In this document: piece after piece, positions 9,895 to 19,613 of the stretch
How the letters are laid out: every line of letters starts with the position of its first letter
How positions within the stretch are numbered: position 1 is the first letter of the stretch
From: Candidatus Latescibacterota bacterium
GTDB taxonomy: Bacteria > Latescibacterota > UBA2968 > UBA8231
Assembly: GCA_965200315.1 (NCBI GenBank)
Contig: OZ241362.1
Coordinates: 4,256,001 to 4,320,000, forward strand
Length of the DNA stretch: 64,000 nucleotides
Direction of reading: 5' to 3'
Notes under the pieces: model-generated
Seen by the model: only the letters and a program-made list of their open reading frames with translations
Database searches by the model: none
What the model was told of the DNA's origin: nothing
Program-made: the position numbers and the translations under genes

Positions 9895-12561
9895 ATGAGG
9901 AAGCTGGCACTCGTTTTCGTTGCGGCGTCCATATACGTGCCTTCTCTCCAAACCCAAGATCAACGGCTCGAACTGCCAACCTATCACCTGACCGTCGATC
10001 CCGCCGACCTGAGTGCCCTCTACCAGTCCCCCCACAGCAATGTCCGCTATCCCGCCCAATTTTCCTTCGCGGGAGAGGTTGTCGAGTGCGAGGTGCGATT
10101 CCGGGGCGGGACATCGTCCCGCAAGTACCCCAAGAAAAGCTGGAAGGTTTGGTTTGAGGAGCCATCCAATCCGGTTGGAGTCAGCGAGCTCAACCTCAAA
10201 GCGGAATACTCGGATCGCTCGTTGATGCGCAACGCGCTGGCCATGAGGTTGTATGAGTTCATCGGTCATCCAGCGCCGAATACCGAGCACATCAGCCTGA
10301 TGGTCAACGATGACTTCATGGGCGTCTTCGTCGAGGTAGAGGAGCCTGATCAGGATCTTCTACGGAGGTACGACTACGAGTTCGGCAGTCTCTACAAATC
10401 CGAGGATCACGGTGGGAGTACCGCGCCGTTGCTGAACTACGACACCTACCTTTATTCGTGGAACAAGAAGGTGGGAGGTGAATCCGACTATATCGATGGG
10501 CAGCGGCTATTCAATCAGCTTCTCTATCTGACGTATGAGGATTTTGCAGAGCGGGTTCCCCTCCTGATGGATGTGGAGAATGTGCTTCAATACTTTGCGG
10601 TCGCCTATGCGATCTCCAGTACAGACGCCGTGACGAAGAATACGCTGCTCTATTTCGAGCCGAGCGGGCGCTTGCAGCAAATTTTACCTTGGGATCACGA
10701 TGCTTCCTTCGGCAATCACTGGACCGGAGAATACCGGCCCTACTTTGAAACGATCTCCGAACACCCCCATCTGAACCACCATCTTCTATTTCAGAGGTTG
10801 ATGGAATACGACGCTTGGCGCGAGTCGTTCTGGAGCAAGGTCCGCTTCGTCATCGAGCACGGATTCGCCGCCGTGGAGGTCGAGATCGATTCAACATACG
10901 AGTTGATCAAGTCGGACGTTTATCTGGACGGAGCCAAGCTTGGCACCAACGCCGAATTTGACGATGAAATCTCGCGTCTGAAAGGCTTTCTGGCGGCGAG
11001 GAGATCGTTCCTGACGGATTTCCCCGTTGTCGAAAAGAATCTTCTCTCGGACTTGTACTGCTCCGATCCGTTTCCCTCGCCCGATGCCGATGATCGCGGC
11101 GTGGTGTTTCGAGCCACTTCGCGCAGCCCCCAGGCCGTCGTGGTCGAATACATCACGGATTTGTCGTCCTACGAGACATGGGGAGAACAGATCACGGTCA
11201 AGCAACTCGCGCTGTTCGACGATGGTCGCCACGACGATCTGCAGGCGGGGGACCTCGTCTATGGCAATCGTCTCGTGCTGCCCAAAAACTACACGGGCCT
11301 CGTACCCTATTCTTTCAGGGCCGGAGGCTACAGCTATCCCTCCAACGGGCTATACTACATCAATTACAGGGCCACGAAGACGTTCGCTTTGAATGTGAAT
11401 CACGCCGGTATCGAGGGGTATCGACACTTGCAGATCGGAGACGTTCATCGGATACGCGATGAACATTTCATCGAGATCATCAATGCCGGTGAGTTGAATC
11501 TGAACCTTTCCTACTGCAGCTTTGAAGCCGGGGAGTATTTCAACCGCTTCATGTTCCCGCCCGGGACGAACATCGAGGCGGGCAACAGCCTGATCCTTTC
11601 CTCGAACAGAGATGCCGCCGGGGACTTGTTTCCAGACTCACCCGTCTTCGGCAACCTTTTTTTCGCTGTCTCGCTGGGCGACACGATGAAGCTTTTGACG
11701 CCCACCCTGACGGTGATCACGGCTCGCGTCAACGAGACCTACAGAGCTGTCGATCTTCCGATACCCTCCATTGTGATCAACGAAATCAACTATCATTCAG
11801 CGGATGATCTGGATACGGGAGATTGGGTCGAGTTGTACAATCCCAACGATGCTTCCATCGATCTTTCCGGTTGGTACTTTCAAGACGACGATGACGACCA
11901 TTCCTTTGTGCTGCCCGGTGGGACGCTCATCGGGCCGCGCGGATTTCTGGTGTTGTGCCGAGATGGTGCGGCTCTCGAATCCCTCCTCGGGGTCTCTTGT
12001 GTCGGAGACTTCGATTTCGGATTGCGGAACAGTGGAGAGCTGGTTCGCCTCTTCGACAGCGATGGATTACTGGTCGATTCTGTCACCTACCTAGACGACA
12101 GTCCGTGGCCGGTGGAGGCGGACGGCGACGGTCCTACTCTGGAGTTGCTTCACTATAGCCTAGACAATGCGGACCCCATGCACTGGCAGGCTTCCATCCC
12201 GGTGGGGGGCACTCCGGGTCGGGCCAACAGCGTGTTGGTGCCCCCTACATCTGTCGCGAGCGAGACGGACGCGGGCACACCGCGGTCGTTCAATCTCTTG
12301 CAGAACTATCCCAATCCCTTCAATAGCGAAACCCACATCGCCTTTCACCTACCGAGAACGGAGCATCTTTCTCTGGAAATCTTCAGCTTGACCGGCCAAT
12401 TGGTAGCCACCCTGATGGAGGGCGTTTATCGAGCGGGCAGACACCGGATAGCTTGGGACGGGCGGAACGATCGAGGAGAGTCCGCTGGTTCCGGGATATT
12501 CTTCTATCGGTTGACGACGGAAACCTTGCAGTCAACTCGAACCATGGTCCTCGTCAAGTGA
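9895..12561 (+). CDS. Secreted CotH kinase-family protein with lamin-tail domain(s) and C-terminal FlgD-Ig sorting domain
   Basis: RGGTSSRKYPKKSWK, PWDHD, INEINY...DWVELYN, LLQNYPNPFN...WDGRN. Confidence 0.85.
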   Translation: MRKLALVFVAASIYVPSLQTQDQRLELPTYHLTVDPADLSALYQSPHSNVRYPAQFSFAGEVVECEVRFRGGTSSRKYPKKSWKVWFEEPSNPVGVSELNLKAEYSDRSLMRNALAMRLYEFIGHPAPNTEHISLMVNDDFMGVFVEVEEPDQDLLRRYDYEFGSLYKSEDHGGSTAPLLNYDTYLYSWNKKVGGESDYIDGQRLFNQLLYLTYEDFAERVPLLMDVENVLQYFAVAYAISSTDAVTKNTLLYFEPSGRLQQILPWDHDASFGNHWTGEYRPYFETISEHPHLNHHLLFQRLMEYDAWRESFWSKVRFVIEHGFAAVEVEIDSTYELIKSDVYLDGAKLGTNAEFDDEISRLKGFLAARRSFLTDFPVVEKNLLSDLYCSDPFPSPDADDRGVVFRATSRSPQAVVVEYITDLSSYETWGEQITVKQLALFDDGRHDDLQAGDLVYGNRLVLPKNYTGLVPYSFRAGGYSYPSNGLYYINYRATKTFALNVNHAGIEGYRHLQIGDVHRIRDEHFIEIINAGELNLNLSYCSFEAGEYFNRFMFPPGTNIEAGNSLILSSNRDAAGDLFPDSPVFGNLFFAVSLGDTMKLLTPTLTVITARVNETYRAVDLPIPSIVINEINYHSADDLDTGDWVELYNPNDASIDLSGWYFQDDDDDHSFVLPGGTLIGPRGFLVLCRDGAALESLLGVSCVGDFDFGLRNSGELVRLFDSDGLLVDSVTYLDDSPWPVEADGDGPTLELLHYSLDNADPMHWQASIPVGGTPGRANSVLVPPTSVASETDAGTPRSFNLLQNYPNPFNSETHIAFHLPRTEHLSLEIFSLTGQLVATLMEGVYRAGRHRIAWDGRNDRGESAGSGIFFYRLTTETLQSTRTMVLVK

Positions 12562-12569
12562 CGCATGGC

Positions 12570-12745
12570 CCCTGTTTGATACATATGCGCGCGACGACCA
12601 GCAGCGCGGCCTTTTTCTTCTCCAGTCCCGCCTTCACGTACACGCCATCCGCCGAGGCGTAAACCACCTTCTGGTCGTCCAGACCGCCGCTGCCGCCAGC
12701 CCTCGAACTCCGCCTCCCACTTGGTCCGCAGACGCGAGAATGGCG
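12570..12745 (-). mobile_element. IS256-family transposase remnant (frameshifted fragment)
   Basis: SRLRTKWEAEFEGWRQR/LDDQKVVYASADGVYVKAGLEKKKAALLVV spans two frames and contains the first DDE Asp region. Confidence 0.65.
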
Positions 12746-12886
12746 AGCTATACATCGCTTGTATTCATTGACTGATTCCATTGGCTAATATTTGACGATA
12801 TACAGTGAATAAGTGAATGTAGCTCACCAGAGCTGAGTCTCGATGCTGGCTCGCTCACTAGGGCAACAGTCTGGAGAGGAACAATT

Positions 12887-13705
12887 ATGAACGAACTCGC
12901 ATTGGCGGAGGATTTCCAGTTCGACGCGCAGGGCTTTCTCATGCTGCGCAACGTCTTTGACGCCGAGCGCTGTCGGCGCTACCTCGAAGAGCTTGAGCGG
13001 CTATTCGAGATCAAATACGATGACCCTTGGCTGCGCGATGGGGTGCGCGGACAGACGACGGTCCAGCTCTCGGAAGGTCAGCGGCGGATCAACGGCCTGC
13101 CGCTGTGGACGGAAGCGTTTGACGAGGTCATCAGTTTTGCGCCGGCGGTGGAGCGCTTGCGGCGCTGGATGCAGCATCCCCAGCTCGTCAACACGTGGGC
13201 CATTGAGAAGACGGAGGGCACACCTTGGGGTGGGTGGCACCGAGGGTTAAATCCTGATGATTACACCGTGCGCCGAGGGCAGATCCGTACGCGCATGTTG
13301 AATTGCGTGTACTTCCTGACGGACAACGAGGAAGAAGACGGCTGCCTAACGGTGGTGCCTGGTGCTCACAAGTCGGAGATTGACCTGCCCATGGCCGAGT
13401 ACCGAGGCCGCGATTTGCCTGGGGCCGTGCGGGTCACCGGCAAGGCGGGGGATATGGTCATGTTCTCGGAGACGCTGCTCCACACGGGCGCAACCAAAAA
13501 CTCTTCTCGTCAGCGTACGAATCTCTATTTCAATTACATCGACGCCACCTACAACCCGGCGATGCGGGAACTGCTGGCCGGCAATCAAGGCAATGTGAAT
13601 CACTACGTGTTCCCACCGGCGGTGCGTTCTCGCTTCGACGAGACTCAGCGCGAGCTTACCGAGTGGATGGAGTGGCAGCGCACGGCGCCGGCGTCGAGTG
13701 GCTAA
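12887..13705 (+). CDS. PhyH family Fe/2OG enzyme, HxG variant
   Basis: FQFDAQGF, WHRG, VVPGAHKS, AGDMVMFSETLLHTG. Confidence 0.85.
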   Translation: MNELALAEDFQFDAQGFLMLRNVFDAERCRRYLEELERLFEIKYDDPWLRDGVRGQTTVQLSEGQRRINGLPLWTEAFDEVISFAPAVERLRRWMQHPQLVNTWAIEKTEGTPWGGWHRGLNPDDYTVRRGQIRTRMLNCVYFLTDNEEEDGCLTVVPGAHKSEIDLPMAEYRGRDLPGAVRVTGKAGDMVMFSETLLHTGATKNSSRQRTNLYFNYIDATYNPAMRELLAGNQGNVNHYVFPPAVRSRFDETQRELTEWMEWQRTAPASSG

Positions 13706-13945
13706 AGCAAGCGATTAACAGGCGATAAAGGAGAATCGTTTGTCGATCCTCCCTACACTGTGCGTCACAACATGAACGGTTTCGTTAAATACAACCAGAA
13801 CATCTTTGCTTGGGAGGACCAAATTAGGGCTGGAGACCGTTGTGTCGGAAGCGGACAATCATTCATAGAATGCAACCTGTCACTTCTCAGTTTGCCATTC
13901 TTCTTGGTGGACCAGAGATTTGTTCCTAGGAGGCCACGTCAACCG

Positions 13946-14107
13946 ATGAACGAAAATTCTACTGACAAAAAGCGCGACCGGACGAATCTGAAGAGGCTGG
14001 ATAGCCTCACCGACGAAGAGGTTGAACAGGCGGCTCGGTCCGATGCCGATACCTTGCTGTTGGAAGAGTGCGATATGGCGTCCCTAAGAGTAAACAAACC
14101 GCAGTGA
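13946..14107 (+). pseudogene. Truncated BrnA-like antitoxin N-terminus
   Basis: TNLKRLDSLTDEEVEQAARSDAD resembles BrnA-type N-termini; RHH C-terminus and cognate toxin are absent. Confidence 0.45.
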
Positions 14108-14787
14108 AACTAATCGTCACCAACGACGACGGCATCGAAGCAGAAGGCCTACAGACCCTAGTCCGCCTAGCGTCGCGGTGGGGTGAGGTCGTCGTTGTCG
14201 CGCCGGCTGAGCCGCAGTCCGGTATTGGACATCAGTTGACGACCGATAGGCCCATTCGCGTGGATAAACTGACGGAAGAACGCTACCGGATATGGGGCAC
14301 GCCGGCCGACTGTTCTCGTCTGGCGCTCAACTGCCTAGCGTCCGACGGGGACTGGGTGCTTTCCGGGATCAATCACGGCGGCAATCTCGGGGTGGATGTG
14401 TACGAATCCGGCACGGTAGCCGCCGCCAGAGAGGCTGCTATTCACGGTTGTAAGGCCGTTGCCCTGTCCCACTATACAGTAAAGGACCGGTCGGTTGATT
14501 GGCCACTGGCCGCCGAACGGCTGCGGCCGGTTTTGGATGACGTGCTGAACGGGACGCTAAAAGCCGGATATTTTTTGAACGTGAATCTGCCTCATCCTGA
14601 GCACAATCGGACATGCTTGGAAACGAAACACACCTCGGTGGACACGAGTCCCCACAGAACCACATTCTCGCAGACCAGTGACGGCTTTCTATACACTGGA
14701 ATCTATCAGGAGCGCTGGCGGCGAGCCGGTAGCGACGTGGACCTCTGTTTCAAGGGGCACATTTCGCTGTCGAAAATCGCCGTTTGA
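14104..14787 (+). CDS. surE: 5'/3'-nucleotidase SurE
   Basis: TNDDG, VAP..QSG, GTPADC, SGINHGGN and SGTVAAARE motifs. Confidence 0.9.
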   Translation: MKLIVTNDDGIEAEGLQTLVRLASRWGEVVVVAPAEPQSGIGHQLTTDRPIRVDKLTEERYRIWGTPADCSRLALNCLASDGDWVLSGINHGGNLGVDVYESGTVAAAREAAIHGCKAVALSHYTVKDRSVDWPLAAERLRPVLDDVLNGTLKAGYFLNVNLPHPEHNRTCLETKHTSVDTSPHRTTFSQTSDGFLYTGIYQERWRRAGSDVDLCFKGHISLSKIAV

Positions 14788-14943
14788 ATAGGTTGTACCT
14801 AAGTACATGACACCTAACCTGAGAGCGCGTCTTCGGATGTCGTCTTGGGAACGCGGGCCTCTGGCCCGCACTCCGAGATGAAACCCTACTGTCGCGTACT
14901 TAAGGGTTGCATTTTAATCGACAAAATACGACGGAGCAGATCG

Positions 14944-16101
14944 ATGAAGATAGCTGACGTTAGAGCATTCCCGTTGCGGATCAGTAAGGCGGAAGAGGCG
15001 TCGTGTGCGCCAAAGGTTGATGGCGGCGATTACCACGTGGACCACTCGCGGTCCATCACGATCTACTCGCCCCATCACGAGACCACCATTATCAGGATTG
15101 AGACGGACAACGGGATCGTCGGGTGGGGTGAGGCGCAGTCGCCGGTGTCGCCGAATACTACGGCGACGATCGTGCGCGAATTGGTGCGGCCGTTGGTGAT
15201 GGGGCGCGATCCGTTCGACATCGAGGCGATTTGGACGTGCAACTACGATGCGATGCGGGAGCGCGGACATCTGACGGGCTTCTACATCGATGCTCTCGCC
15301 GGGACGGACATCGCGTTGTGGGATATCGTGGGGAAGGCCATCGGGAAGCCGGTACACAAAATTGCGGGTGGGCGGTATCGAGATGAAATTTTGCTCTATG
15401 CAGGGATTGGGGGCACGGACCCGGCAAAGGTTGCGGATGCGGCCGAGGAGCACGTAGGCTATGGATACAAGGCACTGAAGCTGCACTTGCTACTGGATGC
15501 AGAGCGCGTCGCGGAAATTTGCCGCGCCGTGCGGCAGCGCGTCGGGCCGGACATCATGCTGATGGTCGATACCCACATGCGGCAGACGGTCGCAAGCTCG
15601 ATAATGCTGGGCCGCGAACTGGAGAAGCTACGTTTCACTTGGCTGGAGGCACCGATCATACCGGACGATATCCCGGGTCAGGCTGAGATCACCCGGGCGT
15701 TGGATATGGCGGTGGCGATAGGGGAGTGGACGCGCACTCGCTACGAGATGCGCGAGCAGTTTGAGCGCCGGGCGTACGACATCTTGATGCACGACATCGC
15801 GCGGACGGGGATTACCGAGGGGCATCGGATTGCGACGCTGGCCGACACCTACAACATTCCGGTCGCGCCGCACATCGGAGGGGGTGGGATTTTGGCGATT
15901 GCGGCAACCGTCGAGTGGTCGGCATCGTGTCCGAACTTCCTGATCATGGAGCACGCCCATCACGCCAACGCGATGAAGAGTCAGATACTCAAGGAGCCGT
16001 ACGAACCCGAAAACGGCTACTACAAGGTCGCGGATCGGCCGGGTTTGGGGGTTGAGGTGGATGAGGGGGCGTTGGAGAGGTACGCGTTTCTGGGGGGTTG
16101 A
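14944..16101 (+). CDS. Mandelate racemase/muconate lactonizing enzyme family (enolase superfamily)
   Basis: GIVGWGE, DIALWDIVGK, KxH, LMVD, WLE, GE and PGLG motifs. Confidence 0.9.
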   Translation: MKIADVRAFPLRISKAEEASCAPKVDGGDYHVDHSRSITIYSPHHETTIIRIETDNGIVGWGEAQSPVSPNTTATIVRELVRPLVMGRDPFDIEAIWTCNYDAMRERGHLTGFYIDALAGTDIALWDIVGKAIGKPVHKIAGGRYRDEILLYAGIGGTDPAKVADAAEEHVGYGYKALKLHLLLDAERVAEICRAVRQRVGPDIMLMVDTHMRQTVASSIMLGRELEKLRFTWLEAPIIPDDIPGQAEITRALDMAVAIGEWTRTRYEMREQFERRAYDILMHDIARTGITEGHRIATLADTYNIPVAPHIGGGGILAIAATVEWSASCPNFLIMEHAHHANAMKSQILKEPYEPENGYYKVADRPGLGVEVDEGALERYAFLGG

Positions 16102-16253
16102 TATGATCCGCAGATGGGCGCAGATAGACTCAGAATAGTAGAAACAAGATGATCCGCATCTCAAATCGTTCAATCATTCAGGATTGCCATATCATCGTCC
16201 GGTGCTGGCTGGCTGCGGGGCTGACGGTCGATTGAGCCAAGAGGAGCAATGCC

Positions 16254-17144
16254 ATGCGTTTGCAGGGCAAGGTGGCCCTGATTACGGGGGCCGGCAGCAA
16301 TATCGGACGGGCCATGGCCCGCTTGTTTGCCCGCGAGGGCGCGGCGGTGGTGGTCGGCGATACGGACGAAGTCGGCGGCGGCGAAACCGTGCGGCTCATT
16401 GAAGCGGCCGGAGGTCGGGCCTGTTCGGTCGCCGGCGATGTTAGCACTACGCAGGGCTTGCGTCAGAGTATTGACAAAGCGGTGGAGACGTATGGGCGGC
16501 TCGATATATTCTTGAGCAATGCCAATTCCGGGGCCTCAGGCACCATTGCCCAATTTGACCGGGCCGGGGCCGAAAAGCTGTTGCTGGTCAACCTCATGGC
16601 GCTAATGGAAGGGGCCCACTACGGCCTCCCCCACATGCAGCAGGCCGGCGGCGGGGCCATTGTCGCCACCTCCTCGGTGCAGGCCCTAGTGGGCGTACCC
16701 GGGCATCCGGCCTACGGGGCGGCTAAGGCCGGCATTTTGGGGGCGGTGCGCAGTATGGCGGTGGAATTGTGGCCCTACAAGGTGCGGGTCAACGCCGTGT
16801 GTCCGGGGGGTACTGCGGGCAATACTTGGACCGTGATCGACGAGTTGGGCGAAGAGTATCTGCCCGAGTTTGAGGCGCGCTTTGGCAAGCAGATGCGCCA
16901 TTTGCCTCTGCCCGTGCCCACGGACCCAATGGCCATTGCCCAGGCCGCGCTGTTTTTGGCCTCGGACGAAGCCAGTTATATCACCGGCCAGCACCTATCG
17001 GTCGACGCGGGCTTGGGCATGTTGCGCTACGATGGCTTCCACGGACCGGAGCCGCTCGACACGCCGCAGGCCAAAAGCCAGCGACGAAGCGAATTGCAAG
17101 CCGAATTTGAGGCGTGGTTGGCCGCGAAGAAAGAAGAGCGGTAA
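16254..17144 (+). CDS. SDR family oxidoreductase
   Basis: TGAGSNIG, YGAAK, RVNAVCPG, ITGQ. Confidence 0.9.
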   Translation: MRLQGKVALITGAGSNIGRAMARLFAREGAAVVVGDTDEVGGGETVRLIEAAGGRACSVAGDVSTTQGLRQSIDKAVETYGRLDIFLSNANSGASGTIAQFDRAGAEKLLLVNLMALMEGAHYGLPHMQQAGGGAIVATSSVQALVGVPGHPAYGAAKAGILGAVRSMAVELWPYKVRVNAVCPGGTAGNTWTVIDELGEEYLPEFEARFGKQMRHLPLPVPTDPMAIAQAALFLASDEASYITGQHLSVDAGLGMLRYDGFHGPEPLDTPQAKSQRRSELQAEFEAWLAAKKEER

Positions 17145-17301
17145 ATGGCAGAGCGTGCGCACCGCGTGGAAGCTCTGGCCCGCTTAGGCCGAACCGTGGC
17201 GGGGCCAGCAATTTTATGGTCGGCATCGGGTCCGAACTTCACCCCCATGGACTGATTGTTGCCAGCAGAAGGGCCTATTCGATCTTGCACTGATCAGCCA
17301 A

Positions 17302-17540
17302 ATGCGGGAGATCCGCAAGCCCCGGCGGTTCATCTCGGGCTTGGGGTTTCTGCCGATGAAGCTGCGCCGCAGGCTGATGAATCGCATTTGGATAGCATAC
17401 CAGAAACGGGATGTACTACAGGATGTGGTGATCTGGAAACGGAAGCGGTATCGAACCCCCCGCGGCTGTGTCGGGCGGACGGCCCCATAGGGACGTACCG
17501 CCGCTATTGCCGGCAGTTCTATCCCGATCTGACGATTGCG
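17302..17540 (+). pseudogene. C-terminal remnant of a KshA-like Rieske oxygenase
   Basis: QDVVIWKRKRYRTP / PRLCRADGPIGTYRRYCRQFY, split by a frameshift at the C6 run 17456-17461. Confidence 0.55.
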
Positions 17541-17742
17541 ACGGGAAGTGAGGACTCGGTCGCCGATGAGGCGGACGATGGTCGCAGGACAAGAGGCCAA
17601 AGCGACAACGTTCACGAGATTTTCCGCAGCGCGATCGTTCAAGTCATTCAGGACCGCTTTCTGACAGATTATCGCTTATGCCTATGCGTTGGCTTGATAG
17701 ACTGGAAAAGTGCTTCGCCTGTGCCGAGGCAGAGGGAAAATC

Positions 17743-18546
17743 ATGACCGATCTCACCTTGAGTGCTGAACAGATTCGCCAGTTTGAGGAGGACGGATACC
17801 TCATTCTCGAAAACCTCTTGGACCCGGAAGACGCCGAGCGGATTCTGCACATCGCCCGTTGCGACCCGCAGTTGGCGGCCGACGCCAAAGGCAACCAGAA
17901 TTACGAGAGCGAAGGGCTCGACACCCGCTTGGCCTACCGCGCCGGCCTTGCCGACGACGCGTACAGCGCCCTAGCCCGCAGCCGCCAGCTCGTTGAACCG
18001 CTCGAACAGTTGTTCGGCGACCGGGTGCGCTACTATTATCAATTGCAAATGCTGAAAGACCCTCAGACCGGCGGGTGGCAATATCACCAAGACTACGGCT
18101 ACCACTACGAGCAATTCTTCTATCCCGCGTTCGCCAGTGTCATGGTCGCCCTCGACCCGGCCACCCGCGCCAATGGCTGTCTGAAAGTGGTGCGCGGGTC
18201 CAACCGCCTAGGCCGGCTCGAACACCAGTCCTCCGGCTCCCAACTCATCGCCGATCCCGAGAGAGTCGCCATGGCGCTGAGGGAAATGGAGGAAGTGCAT
18301 TGCGAACTGACACCGGGATCGGTCCTGTACTTTCACGGCAACACGCTGCACGCTTCAGACCCCAACTTCAGCTCGCAGCCGCGCTGGTCGCTCATCTACG
18401 CGTACGTGGCTGCTTCCAATACGTACGTCCTACCCGACTGGCCCGACGACCAGTGCCCCCTCCTAGAAAAATGGGACGACTCTGAGGTCGAAGCTGCTGC
18501 TCAGCGGCACTGGGCGGCCGTGGCCGCAGCGAACAAAGGAAGATGA
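17743..18546 (+). CDS. PhyH family Fe/2OG dioxygenase (canonical HxD)
   Basis: QFEEDGY, YHQD, ANGCL, PGSVLYFHGNTLHAS. Confidence 0.9.
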   Translation: MTDLTLSAEQIRQFEEDGYLILENLLDPEDAERILHIARCDPQLAADAKGNQNYESEGLDTRLAYRAGLADDAYSALARSRQLVEPLEQLFGDRVRYYYQLQMLKDPQTGGWQYHQDYGYHYEQFFYPAFASVMVALDPATRANGCLKVVRGSNRLGRLEHQSSGSQLIADPERVAMALREMEEVHCELTPGSVLYFHGNTLHASDPNFSSQPRWSLIYAYVAASNTYVLPDWPDDQCPLLEKWDDSEVEAAAQRHWAAVAAANKGR

Positions 18547-19254
18547 GCATGGAGCATTCCAAAGTGAACGTTGCAGCCGTTGTGTCAGGCATCATGCACA
18601 CCGCGCTGAGCTGGCGCAGCCGGCCGGTTATAAAAGAAAGGGGTACGTCGGCCCCATGATGGCCGTCCCTTTTGCCCAAGACCGGCACCATAAGATCGGC
18701 CGGAATGCCTACGGGAACGGGTTTGAGTGCTGTGGATGGGGTCCGGGAATCGGAGAGCATATCCGCGGGGCCTCCCGTAAGTATCCATAGCCGTCCCTCG
18801 GCATCCGCCCGCAGTGCTTCTTTTTGCGGCAATTCGGCTTGGGCTTCGCGCAGGCTCCGCCGTGCCGCGTGGAGATCGCGCAAATCGGTCAACCCGCAAG
18901 CGATTCCCGCTACAATAAAATTTCCACTTCGCCTGCCAGCCTGAGTTGGTGGCGCAAACTGACGATCTCTAGATTAGGTACGCACGGTTGCGGCCAGCGG
19001 CTGTCAGGTAGTACGCTTCCGCAGCGAGTCGCTCGGCTCCGGCGGCGCATGCGTCGTTGCGATTGCGGCCCCGGCAATCGAGTTCATAGGCGAATTCCGC
19101 GCCGATGTTGTAGGTAGTCAGGCCGCGCCGGTCTGGGAGCGCGGTTCCGTCAACTAGTCAAGATGAGTATTTCAGGCCCCACAAAGTCTTGCGCACCATT
19201 TCAACATTTTGACAGATTATCGCCAAAAGGTGCCTTATCGTAGCGGATAGACCG

Positions 19255-19456
19255 CCTAAGTCGAAACCACTGCACGGCGGCACTGGGGGGCCGTGGCCGC
19301 AACCACCAAAGGAAGATGAGCGTGGAAAATTCGCGAGTAAGCCATGTAATCGTCTCAACAGTTATTTCAGCCTGCTGCTTTATCCGCGTCATCCCTCGGC
19401 TGGCACAGCCGGCCAATGATGAGAGAGGGGTATGGTGGCCGTCCCTTTTGCCCAAG
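19255..19456 (+). repeat. Diverged duplicate of the 3' end and downstream region of the PhyH gene (18483-18681)
   Basis: Shared GCGGCACTGGG.GGCCGTGGCCGCA....CAAAGGAAGATGAGC and TGGCCGTCCCTTTTGCCCAAGA blocks. Confidence 0.75.
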
Positions 19457-19613
19457 AGCTGCCCCATCAAGTTTCTGCTCAGGTTCCCGTCTTGGGGAAA
19501 ATTCTACAGAACGTACGTCGAAGGAAAAGACAATAATTCCCACGTGGCCGGCGGCATCTTGAAGTACGCGTTTTAAGTTGCCTTATATGCCTAATTGGTG
19601 ATAGGATTAGATA

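Noticed and set aside
18700-19250. ORFs between PhyH and LacI genes
   Set aside because: Short, overlapping, low-complexity translations with no recognisable family; probably decayed DNA.
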